NCBI GenBank assembly: GCA_045863855.1
Contig: BTVV01000025.1
Span: forward strand, 1 to 64,000
Direction: 5' to 3'
DNA from: Planctomycetota bacterium
Lineage (GTDB): Bacteria > Planctomycetota > SZUA-567 > H5-PLA8
Length of the DNA: 64,000 nucleotides
Under the pieces are notes generated by a model, which was not told the origin of the DNA, ran no database searches, and worked only from the letters and a program-made list of their open reading frames with translations. Of the stretch, positions 8,912 to 18,163 are shown piece by piece. How positions within the stretch are numbered: position 1 is the first letter of the stretch; each line of letters begins with the position of its first letter. A program made the translations under genes and the position numbers.

Positions 8912-10150
8912 ATGGCTACGCGCTTCGAAAACAAAGTCCGGCTCCTCCATCTGATCCGCTCCCGCGGGCAGGTCTCGCGTCCGGTGCTGGCTGAAGACCT
9001 CGACATCAATTTGCCTTCGATCAGCAGCCTGACGAAAGAACTGCTCGACGAAGGCCTGATTCGCCCGCAAGGCTTCGACAAGTCGGAAGGCGGTCGGCGG
9101 CCAGAGCTGCTGGGCTTGAATCCCGAATTCGCCACCGCGATGGGTCTGGAGCTGACCCTGGCCGGCGTGCGCGGCGTCCTGAGCGACATGGGCGGGCGCG
9201 TGCTCGACCGAGAGGAAGGTCCGCGCGTATTGCCGCAGCAGCCGGCCGAGATGCTCGACGCGCTGCTGGCCGTCGCCGAGAGCTTGCTGGCGCGCGCGCT
9301 GCCCGCCCGCCGCCCGGTGGGCGTAGGCGTGGGGCTGGCCGGATTAAGCGACGGGAGCGGGCGTGTCTGGCGCTCGTTCCCGCACCGCAAGGCTTGGAAA
9401 GACGTGAAGCTGGCCGAAGAACTGGAGCGCCGCCTCGGCGTGCCCGTGCGGCTGGACAACGACGTCCACGCCGCGACGCTGGCCGAACGCAGCCTGGGCA
9501 ATGCGCGCGGCTTGCGCGACGTCCTGTACCTCCACATCGGCCACGGCATCGCCTGCGGGATCGTCGTCGACGGCCGGCTTTACACGGGCGCGACGCGCAA
9601 CGCCGGCGAGTTCGGCCACACGATCCTCGAACCGCAAGGGCCCATCTGCTACTGCGGCAACTACGGCTGCTTGGAGAGCCTCGCGTCGCCGGCGGCGCTG
9701 GTGGAGCAGGTCCAGCAGGGCTTGCGCAAGGGGGTGCAGTCGAGCCTCGCCGCGCGCCAGACCGAACGCGGGCATCTCGACGCGACGGCCGTGCTGCAAG
9801 CCGCCGACGACGGCGACCGCTTGGCCGAAAACCTGGTGCTCAAGATGGCCGAGTACATCGGGCTAGGCCTGGCGAACCTGGTCAACTTCTTCAATCCGCA
9901 GCGCGTGGTCTTCGGCGGCGAGATGCTCGTCCGCGGCTACCGCGTACTGAACGACGGCATCGAACGCACCTTCCGGCAGCGCGTGCTGCCAGTGCTGCAA
10001 TCCCAGACCGGCGTGGTCGTCTCCGCGCTGGGCCGCGACGCCACGGCCCTGGGCGGCGCGATGCTGGTCTTCGAACAGCTTTTCGAGCAACCCGACCGGC
10101 TCTTCGCGATCGCCCACGGCCACCAGCCCGCCGCCGGCGCCCGCGCTTAA
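8912..10150 (+). CDS. ROK-family transcriptional repressor (NagC/XylR-like)
   Basis: N-terminal wHTH with GGRRPELL; LDNDVHAATLAE; GEFGH...CYCGNYGCLE zinc motif. Confidence 0.92.
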   Translation: MATRFENKVRLLHLIRSRGQVSRPVLAEDLDINLPSISSLTKELLDEGLIRPQGFDKSEGGRRPELLGLNPEFATAMGLELTLAGVRGVLSDMGGRVLDREEGPRVLPQQPAEMLDALLAVAESLLARALPARRPVGVGVGLAGLSDGSGRVWRSFPHRKAWKDVKLAEELERRLGVPVRLDNDVHAATLAERSLGNARGLRDVLYLHIGHGIACGIVVDGRLYTGATRNAGEFGHTILEPQGPICYCGNYGCLESLASPAALVEQVQQGLRKGVQSSLAARQTERGHLDATAVLQAADDGDRLAENLVLKMAEYIGLGLANLVNFFNPQRVVFGGEMLVRGYRVLNDGIERTFRQRVLPVLQSQTGVVVSALGRDATALGGAMLVFEQLFEQPDRLFAIAHGHQPAAGARA

Positions 10151-10182
10151 ACGATGCACGCACCGCGAAAGGAAATTCGCCC

Positions 10183-12540
10183 GTGAGCCTACGCAGCTAC
10201 GATCTGACGTCCCGCGTCGAGGAGCGCGCCGTGGAGCGCTCCGGAAAACCGTTGCGCTTCGAGCCCGCCGAACGACTCGGCGTCGTGGAAGTCTCGGACT
10301 TTCCGTTCCTGGGGCAGCTCGTCGCGCTGCGCTTCCTCGAATGGTGCCAGCGCAACCCCGAAGGTTCGGTCAGCCTGCCGACGGGCAAGACGCCGGAGCA
10401 CTTCATCAAGTGGACCGCGCGGATTCTGCGGACGTGGAACGAGAAGGATACGCAGAATCTGCTGGGCGAATGGGGCCTCGACGCCGGACGCAAGCCCGAT
10501 ATGCCGGGCATGCGCTTCGTCCAGATCGACGAGTTCTACCCGATGAACCCGCAGCACGAGAACGGCTTCGGGCACTACATCAAGCGCTTCTACTTCAAGG
10601 AATTCGGCTTCGATCCGGCCCGCGCGATGATGATGGACTGCTGGACGCTCGGCGCGCCGGCGGGCAAAGATTTGGGCTGGGTCTTCCCCGACGGCAAGGT
10701 CGATCTGACGCTGCGCTACCGCGCGCCGCGCGGCGAACTGCAGGCGTTGCAAGCGCAGGCCATCGTCGCCGCCGACCAGGCCGCGATGGAATTCGAAGCG
10801 CGCCTCGAAGAACTGGGCGGGCTGGGCTTCTTCCTCGGCGGCATCGGACCCGACGGCCACATCGGCTTCAACATCCGCGGCAGCGATCACTTCAGCACCA
10901 CGCGCTTCATGGCCGTGAATTACGAGACCGCCGCCGCCGCCGCGACCGACTTGGGCGGCATCGAAGTCGCCCGCGACAAGGTTATCGTTACCATCGGCTT
11001 GCGCACCATCACCGCCAACCCCACCGCGACGGCCATTGTCATCGCCGCCGGCGAAGGCAAAGCGCGCGTCTGCCGCGAAGCGATCGAACTTCCGCCCTCG
11101 GTGCTCCAGCCGGCCTCGGCGCTGCAGCACGCGCCGGGCGGGCGCTTCTACCTCACCAAGGGCGCCGCCAGCCAGCTTTCCGAACGCCGCCGCCATGCGC
11201 TCGCCGCGCAGCCCCAGTTGCCCGTCGCCGACCTCGACCGCATCCTGATCGACCTGGCGTACGCCAAGCGCAAGAAGCTCGTCGAACTCAGCCCAGCCGA
11301 CTTGAAGGACGACCGCCTCGCCGCGCTCCTGCCGCAAGACGCCGCGGGCCTCGCGGCATTCGCGCGCGTGGCCACCGAACGCATCGAGAAGAAGATCGCC
11401 AAGGGCCGCGAGCCGCTGGAAGGCTACAAATTCCTGCACACCGGACCGCACCACGACGACATCATGCTCGGATACCTTCCGTACATCGTCCACTTGGTCC
11501 GCAGCGCCAAGAACACGCATACCTTCGCGACGCTCACCAGCGGCTTCACCAGCGTCACCAACGCATATGTCCTCTCGCTCTTCGGCAAGCTCGAACACGC
11601 GCTCGAACGCGGCCTGCTCGAACCCGCGCTCGAAAGCGGCTACTACGCGCCCGACAACCTCGCCGGGCGCAGCGCCGACGTGTACCGTTACCTCGACGGC
11701 GTGGCCTCGCGCAACGAGGACATGCAGGAAGAAGCCGAAGCGCGGCGCATGCTGCGCTACCTCATCGCGCTGAGCGGCAAGCGCACGTTCGACGCGCTGA
11801 AACCCGAACTCGCACGCTTCCAGGACTACCTGCGCAGCCGCTACCCCGGCCAGAAGGACACCAAGGAAGTCCAAAGCCTGAAGGGAATGGTGCGCGAGTG
11901 GGAGGAAGAACTCACCTGGGCGCACCTGGGCTTCGACTGCGAGCACGTGCTGCATCTGCGCCTGGGCTTTTACACCGGCGATATCTTTACGCCGCAGCCC
12001 GAGTTCGACCGCGATGTGGAACCCGTTCTCGAACTGCTGCGCCAGACCGATCCGGACATCCTCACCGTCACGCTCGATCCTGAAGGCGCCGGCCCCGATA
12101 CGCATTACAAAGTGCTGCAAGCCACCAGCGAAGCGTTGAAGCTGTATTTAAAGGAGCGCCCCGGCAAGAAGATGCGCGTCTGGGGTTACCGCAACGTGTG
12201 GTACCGATTCCATCCGGCCGAAGCGACGCTCTACGTGCCCGTCTCGATGAACGCGCTCTCGACGATGCGCAGCGCGTTCCATACCTGCTACGGCTCGCAG
12301 CGCGCGGCGTCCTTCCCCAGTCCCGAGTACGACGGTCCGTTTTGCGATCTGGCGCAACGCATCCTCGTCGAGCAATATGCCACCATCCAGAACGCGCTGG
12401 GCAAGGAGTACTTTCACCAGAACGCCGCACCGCATCTGCGCGCCAGCCGCGGCTTGAACTTCCTGGTGGACATGGAGCCCGAAGAATTCTTCCAGCGCAC
12501 GCGCGCGCTGAAGCAACTGACGGAGCGGTCCGCCACATGA
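10183..12540 (+). CDS. Glucosamine-6-phosphate deaminase-like domain fused to a PIG-L/LmbE-type deacetylase domain (785 aa)
   Basis: SLPTGKTP, QIDEFYP and GGIGPDGHIGFN (NagB fold); HTGPHHDDIMLG and PDTHYKV (PIG-L metal motifs); GTG start at 10183 behind AAAGGAAA. Confidence 0.85.
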   Translation: MSLRSYDLTSRVEERAVERSGKPLRFEPAERLGVVEVSDFPFLGQLVALRFLEWCQRNPEGSVSLPTGKTPEHFIKWTARILRTWNEKDTQNLLGEWGLDAGRKPDMPGMRFVQIDEFYPMNPQHENGFGHYIKRFYFKEFGFDPARAMMMDCWTLGAPAGKDLGWVFPDGKVDLTLRYRAPRGELQALQAQAIVAADQAAMEFEARLEELGGLGFFLGGIGPDGHIGFNIRGSDHFSTTRFMAVNYETAAAAATDLGGIEVARDKVIVTIGLRTITANPTATAIVIAAGEGKARVCREAIELPPSVLQPASALQHAPGGRFYLTKGAASQLSERRRHALAAQPQLPVADLDRILIDLAYAKRKKLVELSPADLKDDRLAALLPQDAAGLAAFARVATERIEKKIAKGREPLEGYKFLHTGPHHDDIMLGYLPYIVHLVRSAKNTHTFATLTSGFTSVTNAYVLSLFGKLEHALERGLLEPALESGYYAPDNLAGRSADVYRYLDGVASRNEDMQEEAEARRMLRYLIALSGKRTFDALKPELARFQDYLRSRYPGQKDTKEVQSLKGMVREWEEELTWAHLGFDCEHVLHLRLGFYTGDIFTPQPEFDRDVEPVLELLRQTDPDILTVTLDPEGAGPDTHYKVLQATSEALKLYLKERPGKKMRVWGYRNVWYRFHPAEATLYVPVSMNALSTMRSAFHTCYGSQRAASFPSPEYDGPFCDLAQRILVEQYATIQNALGKEYFHQNAAPHLRASRGLNFLVDMEPEEFFQRTRALKQLTERSAT

Positions 12541-13283
12541 GCCGGAAGATTCACGTCGAAATCTTGGGTGATGCAGAAGCCGTAGGGCGCGAAGCCGCCG
12601 CACGCATCCTGGCGGTGGTCGAGCGCAAGCACGAGGCCGTGCTGGGGCTGGCCACCGGAAGCACCCCCATCCCCGCCTACCGCGAACTGGTCCAGCTCGC
12701 GCATGAGCGGAAGGTCAGCTTCGCCGGCGTGAAGACCTTCAACCTCGACGAGTACTTGGGGCTGAGCGGCAGTCATCCGCAAAGCTACCGGCAGTACATG
12801 AACAAGCATCTCTTCGAGCATCTCGATATTCCGCTGTGGCAGACGGCGCTGCCCGACGGCGCGGCGTCCGACCCCGAGGCCGAATGCGCAGCCTTCGAAG
12901 CGCGCATCCGCGCGGCGGGCGGCGTGGACCTGTGGCTGCTGGGCATCGGCTCGAACGGGCACATCGGCTTCAACGAACCCGGCGCGCCGCGCGATTGCCG
13001 CACGCGCGTGGCGAGCTTGGCACCCTCGACGATCGAAGCGTCGGCCAAGGATTTCGGCGGCGCGGCGGGCGTTCCGCGCCAAGCGCTCACCGCCGGCGTC
13101 GCGACGATTCTCGAAGCGCGCGAAATCCTGCTCCTCGCCACCGGCGCGGGCAAAGCCACGGCGGTTGCGGGGGCGCTCGAAGGACCGATCACACCGCAGC
13201 TTCCCGCCAGTTATCTCCAGGCTCATCCGTCCTGCGCCTTCGTGCTCGACCGCGCGGCCGCGGGCAAACTCGCGCAGCGCTAG
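12537..13283 (+). CDS. nagB: Glucosamine-6-phosphate deaminase
   Basis: LGLATGSTP, TFNLDEY, LGIGSNGHIGFNEPG, PASYLQAH; ATGA overlap with the upstream gene. Confidence 0.92.
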   Translation: MSRKIHVEILGDAEAVGREAAARILAVVERKHEAVLGLATGSTPIPAYRELVQLAHERKVSFAGVKTFNLDEYLGLSGSHPQSYRQYMNKHLFEHLDIPLWQTALPDGAASDPEAECAAFEARIRAAGGVDLWLLGIGSNGHIGFNEPGAPRDCRTRVASLAPSTIEASAKDFGGAAGVPRQALTAGVATILEAREILLLATGAGKATAVAGALEGPITPQLPASYLQAHPSCAFVLDRAAAGKLAQR

Positions 13284-13291
13284 CGAACCGA

Positions 13292-14140
13292 CTACACCGG
13301 ACCAACCGCCGTTCCCGCCCAAGCCTTCGCCGCCGGACCTTCCTGGTGCCACGCAATATCGAACTCCCGGCCGCTGTACGAGCGCTTGTAAACCGGCAGC
13401 GTACCCGCTTCGCAGCGGATACGCTCCGGAGCGCTTCCCCGCACCTGCCAGCCCGAATCGTCGAAGACGCGCCCGTCAAGCTGGTACGCGTCGGCGGCGC
13501 GGTACTGGTAGATCAAGCCGCGGCGCTCGCGCCCCGATCGGTTGTTGAAGCTCGCGTGCAGCGTCAGTGCGTGATGGATCGTCACGTCGCCGGCCTTTCC
13601 TTCCAGTGCCACCACCCGCGCGGGATCGACACAGCGCGCTTCGTCGGAGACGCCGCCGCTGAACCGCCCGTCTTTCGTGTGGTCCAACAGACCCAGCTTG
13701 TGGCTCCCGGCCGCCACATGCAGGCAGCCGTTCTCGAGCGTGCTGTCGTCGAGCATCACGAAGACGGCCAACAGATCGGTGTTCGTGTGCGGGAAGTAGG
13801 CGAAATCCTGATGCCAATGGAACGCGCCCTTGCCGGCCTTCGGGGGCTTCGTCGCGAGCTTCGATTGTTGGAGTTGGATATCCGGGCCCAGCAGGTCAGC
13901 GATGCGTTCGACGATCCGCGCATCCGCGCCCACGGCCTTGAACGCCGGATGCTTGGTCGTCAACGGATGCAGAAAGACGATCCTTTCTTCGTACCCGCGC
14001 TCGGTCAGTTCCCGGCGCAGCGACGCCTGCGTGCAGGCCTCCCGCAATTCGTCCACTTCCGCGGCGTTGAAGACACCGCGCAGATGCAGGTAGCCCTCCT
14101 CGCGGTAGCGGTCGATTTCGCTCTGGCTTAGCATTTTCAT
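13292..14140 (-). CDS. Phytanoyl-CoA dioxygenase (PhyH)-family Fe(II)/2-oxoglutarate dioxygenase
   Basis: WHQD...ENGCL...GSH...TLHAS...R facial-triad pattern. Confidence 0.9.
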   Translation of the reverse strand: MKMLSQSEIDRYREEGYLHLRGVFNAAEVDELREACTQASLRRELTERGYEERIVFLHPLTTKHPAFKAVGADARIVERIADLLGPDIQLQQSKLATKPPKAGKGAFHWHQDFAYFPHTNTDLLAVFVMLDDSTLENGCLHVAAGSHKLGLLDHTKDGRFSGGVSDEARCVDPARVVALEGKAGDVTIHHALTLHASFNNRSGRERRGLIYQYRAADAYQLDGRVFDDSGWQVRGSAPERIRCEAGTLPVYKRSYSGREFDIAWHQEGPAAKAWAGTAVGPV

Positions 14141-14266
14141 GACTCCTGGTTGAAACGCTGGGGCGTTTGCCTCTTCGGTTCCCCTAAGAATACCATCCTT
14201 CGCCCTTGCGGCGCATCGGAGCAGACTGCTAGGCTATAGCATAAATCTGACCAGGAGCACACCCGC

Positions 14267-15043
14267 ATGTCCGCCGGCCTTCCGTCCCGCTCCGCGCTGC
14301 CGCGCCTTCTCGCCGCCGGGCGGAGCCACGCCGAAGGCGACGGCCCTCGGCACGTCCACGACGCGCCCGAACTGGTCCTGGTCCGCGAAGGCGTCTACGG
14401 CATCGCGCTGGGCGAGCGCTTCCTGCCGGGCGCCGCCGGCACGCTCTTCGTGCTGCCGCCGCGCGTACCGCACGCCGTTCGTTCTCCGGGCGTGCGCGTC
14501 TCGAGCTACCTCGTCTTTCGGCAATCCGCCGAGTTGTTGGAAGAAACGCCGCGCACGCTCGACGCACGCGGCGATCCGTTCCTGCCACGTTGGTTCGACG
14601 ATCTCCTCGCGCTCGCGCGCGCCGATGCGCGCCGCGAAGATCCCGTCGCCGACGGCTTGCTCTACGCCATCCTGCAACGCGTCGCGCGCCTCGAAGGTGC
14701 GCAGCGTGCGGCCCCACGCCTGCATCCGGCGCTGGAACGCGCGGTGAGCCATCTGCAAACGCACGCCGTCGAACGCGTCGGCGCGCGGGATCTGTCCCGC
14801 GCCGCGCACGCCAGCCACGGGCATCTCTGCCGGCTATTTAAGGAAACCTTTCGATGCTCGCCGCGCGCCTACCAGCATCGCCTGCGCCTGGAACGCGCCA
14901 AGAAACTCCTGGCGGATCCTTACCTTTCGGTGAAAGAAGTCGCGGTCCGTTGCGGCTTCGAGGACGTCAATTATTTCGTACGGCTCTTTCGAGCGCGCGA
15001 AGGGCATACGCCCGGACGCTGGCGCGAAACAGCCTCCCGTTGA
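14267..15043 (+). CDS. AraC-family transcriptional regulator with a cupin sensing domain
   Basis: PRHVHDAPELVLV...PH cupin; SVKEVAVRCGFEDVNYFVRLF HTH; AGGAG RBS. Confidence 0.9.
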   Translation: MSAGLPSRSALPRLLAAGRSHAEGDGPRHVHDAPELVLVREGVYGIALGERFLPGAAGTLFVLPPRVPHAVRSPGVRVSSYLVFRQSAELLEETPRTLDARGDPFLPRWFDDLLALARADARREDPVADGLLYAILQRVARLEGAQRAAPRLHPALERAVSHLQTHAVERVGARDLSRAAHASHGHLCRLFKETFRCSPRAYQHRLRLERAKKLLADPYLSVKEVAVRCGFEDVNYFVRLFRAREGHTPGRWRETASR

Positions 15044-15092
15044 CGAATCGAGTGCGCGCCGCGAGCATCGAAGTGCCGCAGGGAGCCCCGCC

Positions 15093-15737
15093 ATGCCCGA
15101 GACCCCCATTCCGCCGCGCTTTTCGCTGCGTACGCTGCTGGCCGTCGGCGCCGCCGTCTTCGCGGCGCTGGGCGCCTTCCGGAGCGCCACGCCGGCGCTG
15201 GCCGCAATGGTCTTCAGCGCCACGGCCTTGGGTCTGGTCGCGGCCACGCTCGCGGCGCGCTACCGCGGCGAAGCGGTGCGGCCGTTCTGGTTCGGTTTCG
15301 CGCTGGCGGGCTGGCTTTACCTCGGCGTGGCGTTCCTGCCGGGCCTTAAGACCGAAGTCGCGCCGAAGCTGATGACCCAGGATCTGCTGCGCGAGACCTA
15401 CGCCGCTTTGCGTACCTACGAAGCGGGCTCGGAAGTGGAGATCGAATGGCGCGGTGGGTGGTATACCGGATCGATACTGGCGCTGGGCCCTGAAGGCTAC
15501 CGGATTCACTACGACGGCCACGGTCCCGAATGGGACGAGTGGGTTGGCGCCGCGCGGTTGCGCCCGATCGGGCCGCCCGAAGCCGCGCTGACGTTGGGCC
15601 ACTCCTTGTTGGCGCTGGCCGCGGGCCTGCTGGGCGCGTTCATTGCCGCTTGGATCGCTTCCCGGCGATCTCCTCACGCCGCGCCGCAGCCGCTTACGGA
15701 ACCTCAATCCCGCCCAGATCCACCCAGCGGTCGCTGA
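15093..15737 (+). CDS. Multi-pass membrane protein with a Tudor/chromo-barrel (Agenet/Tudor-knot-like) domain
   Basis: RFSLRTLL N-terminus, 3 TM helices, VEIEWRGGWYTGSIL...YRIHYDGHGPEWDEWV, C-terminal TM. Confidence 0.75.
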   Translation: MPETPIPPRFSLRTLLAVGAAVFAALGAFRSATPALAAMVFSATALGLVAATLAARYRGEAVRPFWFGFALAGWLYLGVAFLPGLKTEVAPKLMTQDLLRETYAALRTYEAGSEVEIEWRGGWYTGSILALGPEGYRIHYDGHGPEWDEWVGAARLRPIGPPEAALTLGHSLLALAAGLLGAFIAAWIASRRSPHAAPQPLTEPQSRPDPPSGR

Positions 15738-17049
15738 AGACCTCCTGCACCGCAAACGAGACCTTCGCCTGCGTCGTGCCGGGCTTGACCAAGCCCGCCG
15801 CGAGTTCCACGTAGCCGGGTTTCAATCCGAGCGGCAGCGTCACGTGCCGCTCGATCCATTCGTCGCCGGGCAGCCAAGTTCGAATATCCAGATCGCTCAG
15901 CACGTGGTGATAATCCTGCTCGCCCTGCCGGAAGCGCAACGCGAAATCGTACTTCCGGTAGATCGGCGCGACACCCACGTTCTCGATCCAGGCGCTGAAT
16001 CGCCACGGCTGTCCGGGCTTGCCGTAGCGGTCGTAGACCGATTGCCGGTACACGTAGCGGTAGCCCAGCTTGCGGCAGAACGCGTGCAGCTTGTCCATCC
16101 AGCGTTCGGGCAGCTTTGTGTACTTCGGCATGAAATACGTCCCGTGGTACTTGAGCCCCTGCTCGAGGATGAAATCGATATCCCAGCCCTGGTCGTACCA
16201 ATGCATCGGTACCCAGCAGGATTCGAAATGGACCGGCGCGTGCTTCCAGGTGTCGCGCGCACCGCCTTCGCAGACTTCGCGCGGATAAGCTTCGAACATG
16301 TGATTCCAGCTCAGATCCTTGCGGACATGCGTGCTGCCCGAACCCTTCACGTCGCCGTAGCAGTCGCAGCGCCAGCCCGCGCCGCTCTCGATCCCCGCGC
16401 GCATCTGGTCGCCGCCGACCATGCACAGCCGTGGCGTCTGCACGAATGCGTCCTTCCAGAGCCGCGCGAAACGAGCGCATTGCTCCTTCGAACAGCGCCC
16501 CGCGCCTTCGCCCCACGGGCCGATGTACGTCACGTCGATGCTCTCCAGCCGTTCGTCAGCGTCGTAGCGCCGCGCGAACTCCTTCACAAAACCGCCCCAA
16601 TGCTCGAGGTACTCCGGCGCATCGTGATTCGGCACCCGCACCACCGTGCTCTTATGCTGCTCGTCTTCCATCGGATACTTTTCGGCATACCACGCCGGCA
16701 CGCGCGGCTGCTTGGCGCTCCCGAAGGCCATCAGGCGCACCGCCACCGTCTGCCCGCGCGCGGCGGCCGTCTCCAATGCGCGGTCGATCATCGAAAAATC
16801 GTACTGCCCCTGCCGCGGCTCCATCACCGCCCAGAACCATCGGCAGTACGATACCGTGCTGGGCATGTAGCCGTCGATGAACGGGAGTTTCTTTGCCTCG
16901 GGGAAGGTCAGAGGCCCTTCCTCGCTCCAGCTCTTGCCCGGAAAAAGTTCGTCGCCGTTGAAATGCTGGAACGTGCAGCAACCCTTGTGCGGATTGGCCA
17001 GGTACGCGTCGGTGGGCATGGGACGCACGCGGCGAACGACTTCGGGCAT
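15694..17049 (-). CDS. DUF4832-domain putative glycoside hydrolase (GH42/GH35-like TIM barrel), no signal peptide
   Basis: YCRWFWAVMEPRQGQYDFSMID, IGPWGEG, KLGYRY, WIENVGVAPIY, WLPG motifs. Confidence 0.75.
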   Translation of the reverse strand: MPEVVRRVRPMPTDAYLANPHKGCCTFQHFNGDELFPGKSWSEEGPLTFPEAKKLPFIDGYMPSTVSYCRWFWAVMEPRQGQYDFSMIDRALETAAARGQTVAVRLMAFGSAKQPRVPAWYAEKYPMEDEQHKSTVVRVPNHDAPEYLEHWGGFVKEFARRYDADERLESIDVTYIGPWGEGAGRCSKEQCARFARLWKDAFVQTPRLCMVGGDQMRAGIESGAGWRCDCYGDVKGSGSTHVRKDLSWNHMFEAYPREVCEGGARDTWKHAPVHFESCWVPMHWYDQGWDIDFILEQGLKYHGTYFMPKYTKLPERWMDKLHAFCRKLGYRYVYRQSVYDRYGKPGQPWRFSAWIENVGVAPIYRKYDFALRFRQGEQDYHHVLSDLDIRTWLPGDEWIERHVTLPLGLKPGYVELAAGLVKPGTTQAKVSFAVQEVFSDRWVDLGGIEVP

Positions 17050-17177
17050 GAGCGATTCCTTTCGCGATCTGCGAATCGAGCGATTGATTCAGCATGAGGA
17101 AGCAGGATTCAATCTACCTCATGCGCGCCCGCTTGCCGGTCAACTGGATGGAATTCCGAGCAGGTCTAGCTTGGTTT

Positions 17178-18089
17178 TCAGGTCTTTGCGGCGGACCTGT
17201 CCGTCGTCTCGCCGCGGTGCTGCCGCTGGTAGGCGCGCGGGCTCTGGCCGAAATGCTTGGCGAACTGACGGCTGAAGTAAAACGGCGACGCAAAGCCCAC
17301 GTCGTCGGCCACTTCTTTCACGCTTCGCCCGGCCACCGTCAGCAACCGGGCGGCCTCGCGCATGCGCAGCTTCAAGACATACGCGATCACCGCGTCGCCC
17401 GTCTCCGCTTTGAAGCGGTGCGCGAAGCGCGACGGCGAAAGACGCGCGCGCTCGGCCAAGTCTTCGATACGGTGCGCCTGAGCCAGATTCGCGACGAGAT
17501 GCTCCACGACCCGGCGAATCGGCGGCGTGAGCCCGCCTTCGCCATGCGTCAGCGCTCGCTCGCGCGCGGCCAGAAAGATCAGTTCCTCAAGCCCGTTCAG
17601 CGCCAATTCGGCCAGGTACGGCCCGCGGCCGGCGCGCGCGGCCGTGGCGTCGCGGTTCGCACGCAGGAACGCCTGTTCGATCCGCGCGAAAGCCGTCTCG
17701 TCGCCGATGGACAGGCCCGATAGTCCGCGCCCCCAAGTCGGCCAGCGCAGCGCGTCCAGCCACGGCGGGCGCGGAATGAAATGTGCCCAGACGAAATCCC
17801 ACGGCTCGTCCGCAAAGCAGCCGTAGTCGTGCGGCGTCCCGGGTTCCAGCAACACCAAATCGCCCCGCCGCGCCGCCCATTCCGAACCTTCCAGCCGGTA
17901 ACGTCCCCGCCCGCCCAAGGTGAACGTCAGCAGCCAGTCCTGCGTCCCTCGGCTGCGGATCACGCGGTACGGCGCACGGCTCTGAAAATACCCCGTATGA
18001 ATCAGGCTGGGCGGCCCGGCCCCGGTTTCGACCACCCGGCCGTCGGCGCGAACAGCAGAATCGTGCATGTTTATGGCGGTTGGGTCCAT
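17178..18089 (-). CDS. AraC-family transcriptional regulator (AraC_binding + HTH)
   Basis: RSRGTQDWLLTFTLGGRG...PHDYG; LSPSRFAHRFK...GFASPFYFSRQF; start may be 18068. Confidence 0.9.
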   Translation of the reverse strand: MDPTAINMHDSAVRADGRVVETGAGPPSLIHTGYFQSRAPYRVIRSRGTQDWLLTFTLGGRGRYRLEGSEWAARRGDLVLLEPGTPHDYGCFADEPWDFVWAHFIPRPPWLDALRWPTWGRGLSGLSIGDETAFARIEQAFLRANRDATAARAGRGPYLAELALNGLEELIFLAARERALTHGEGGLTPPIRRVVEHLVANLAQAHRIEDLAERARLSPSRFAHRFKAETGDAVIAYVLKLRMREAARLLTVAGRSVKEVADDVGFASPFYFSRQFAKHFGQSPRAYQRQHRGETTDRSAAKT

Positions 18090-18163
18090 TCATATACCCT
18101 GCCTGGAGGTGTATTCTGTCCCAAGGATAGCACTTTTGTACAGGCCCATTTCGGAGACCTTCA

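Noticed and set aside
9394..10182. N-terminal 263 aa of the 1048-aa ORF 9394..12540
   Set aside because: It overlaps the ROK gene in another frame and has low-complexity Arg/Pro/Gly shadow composition; the real start is GTG 10183 with an RBS
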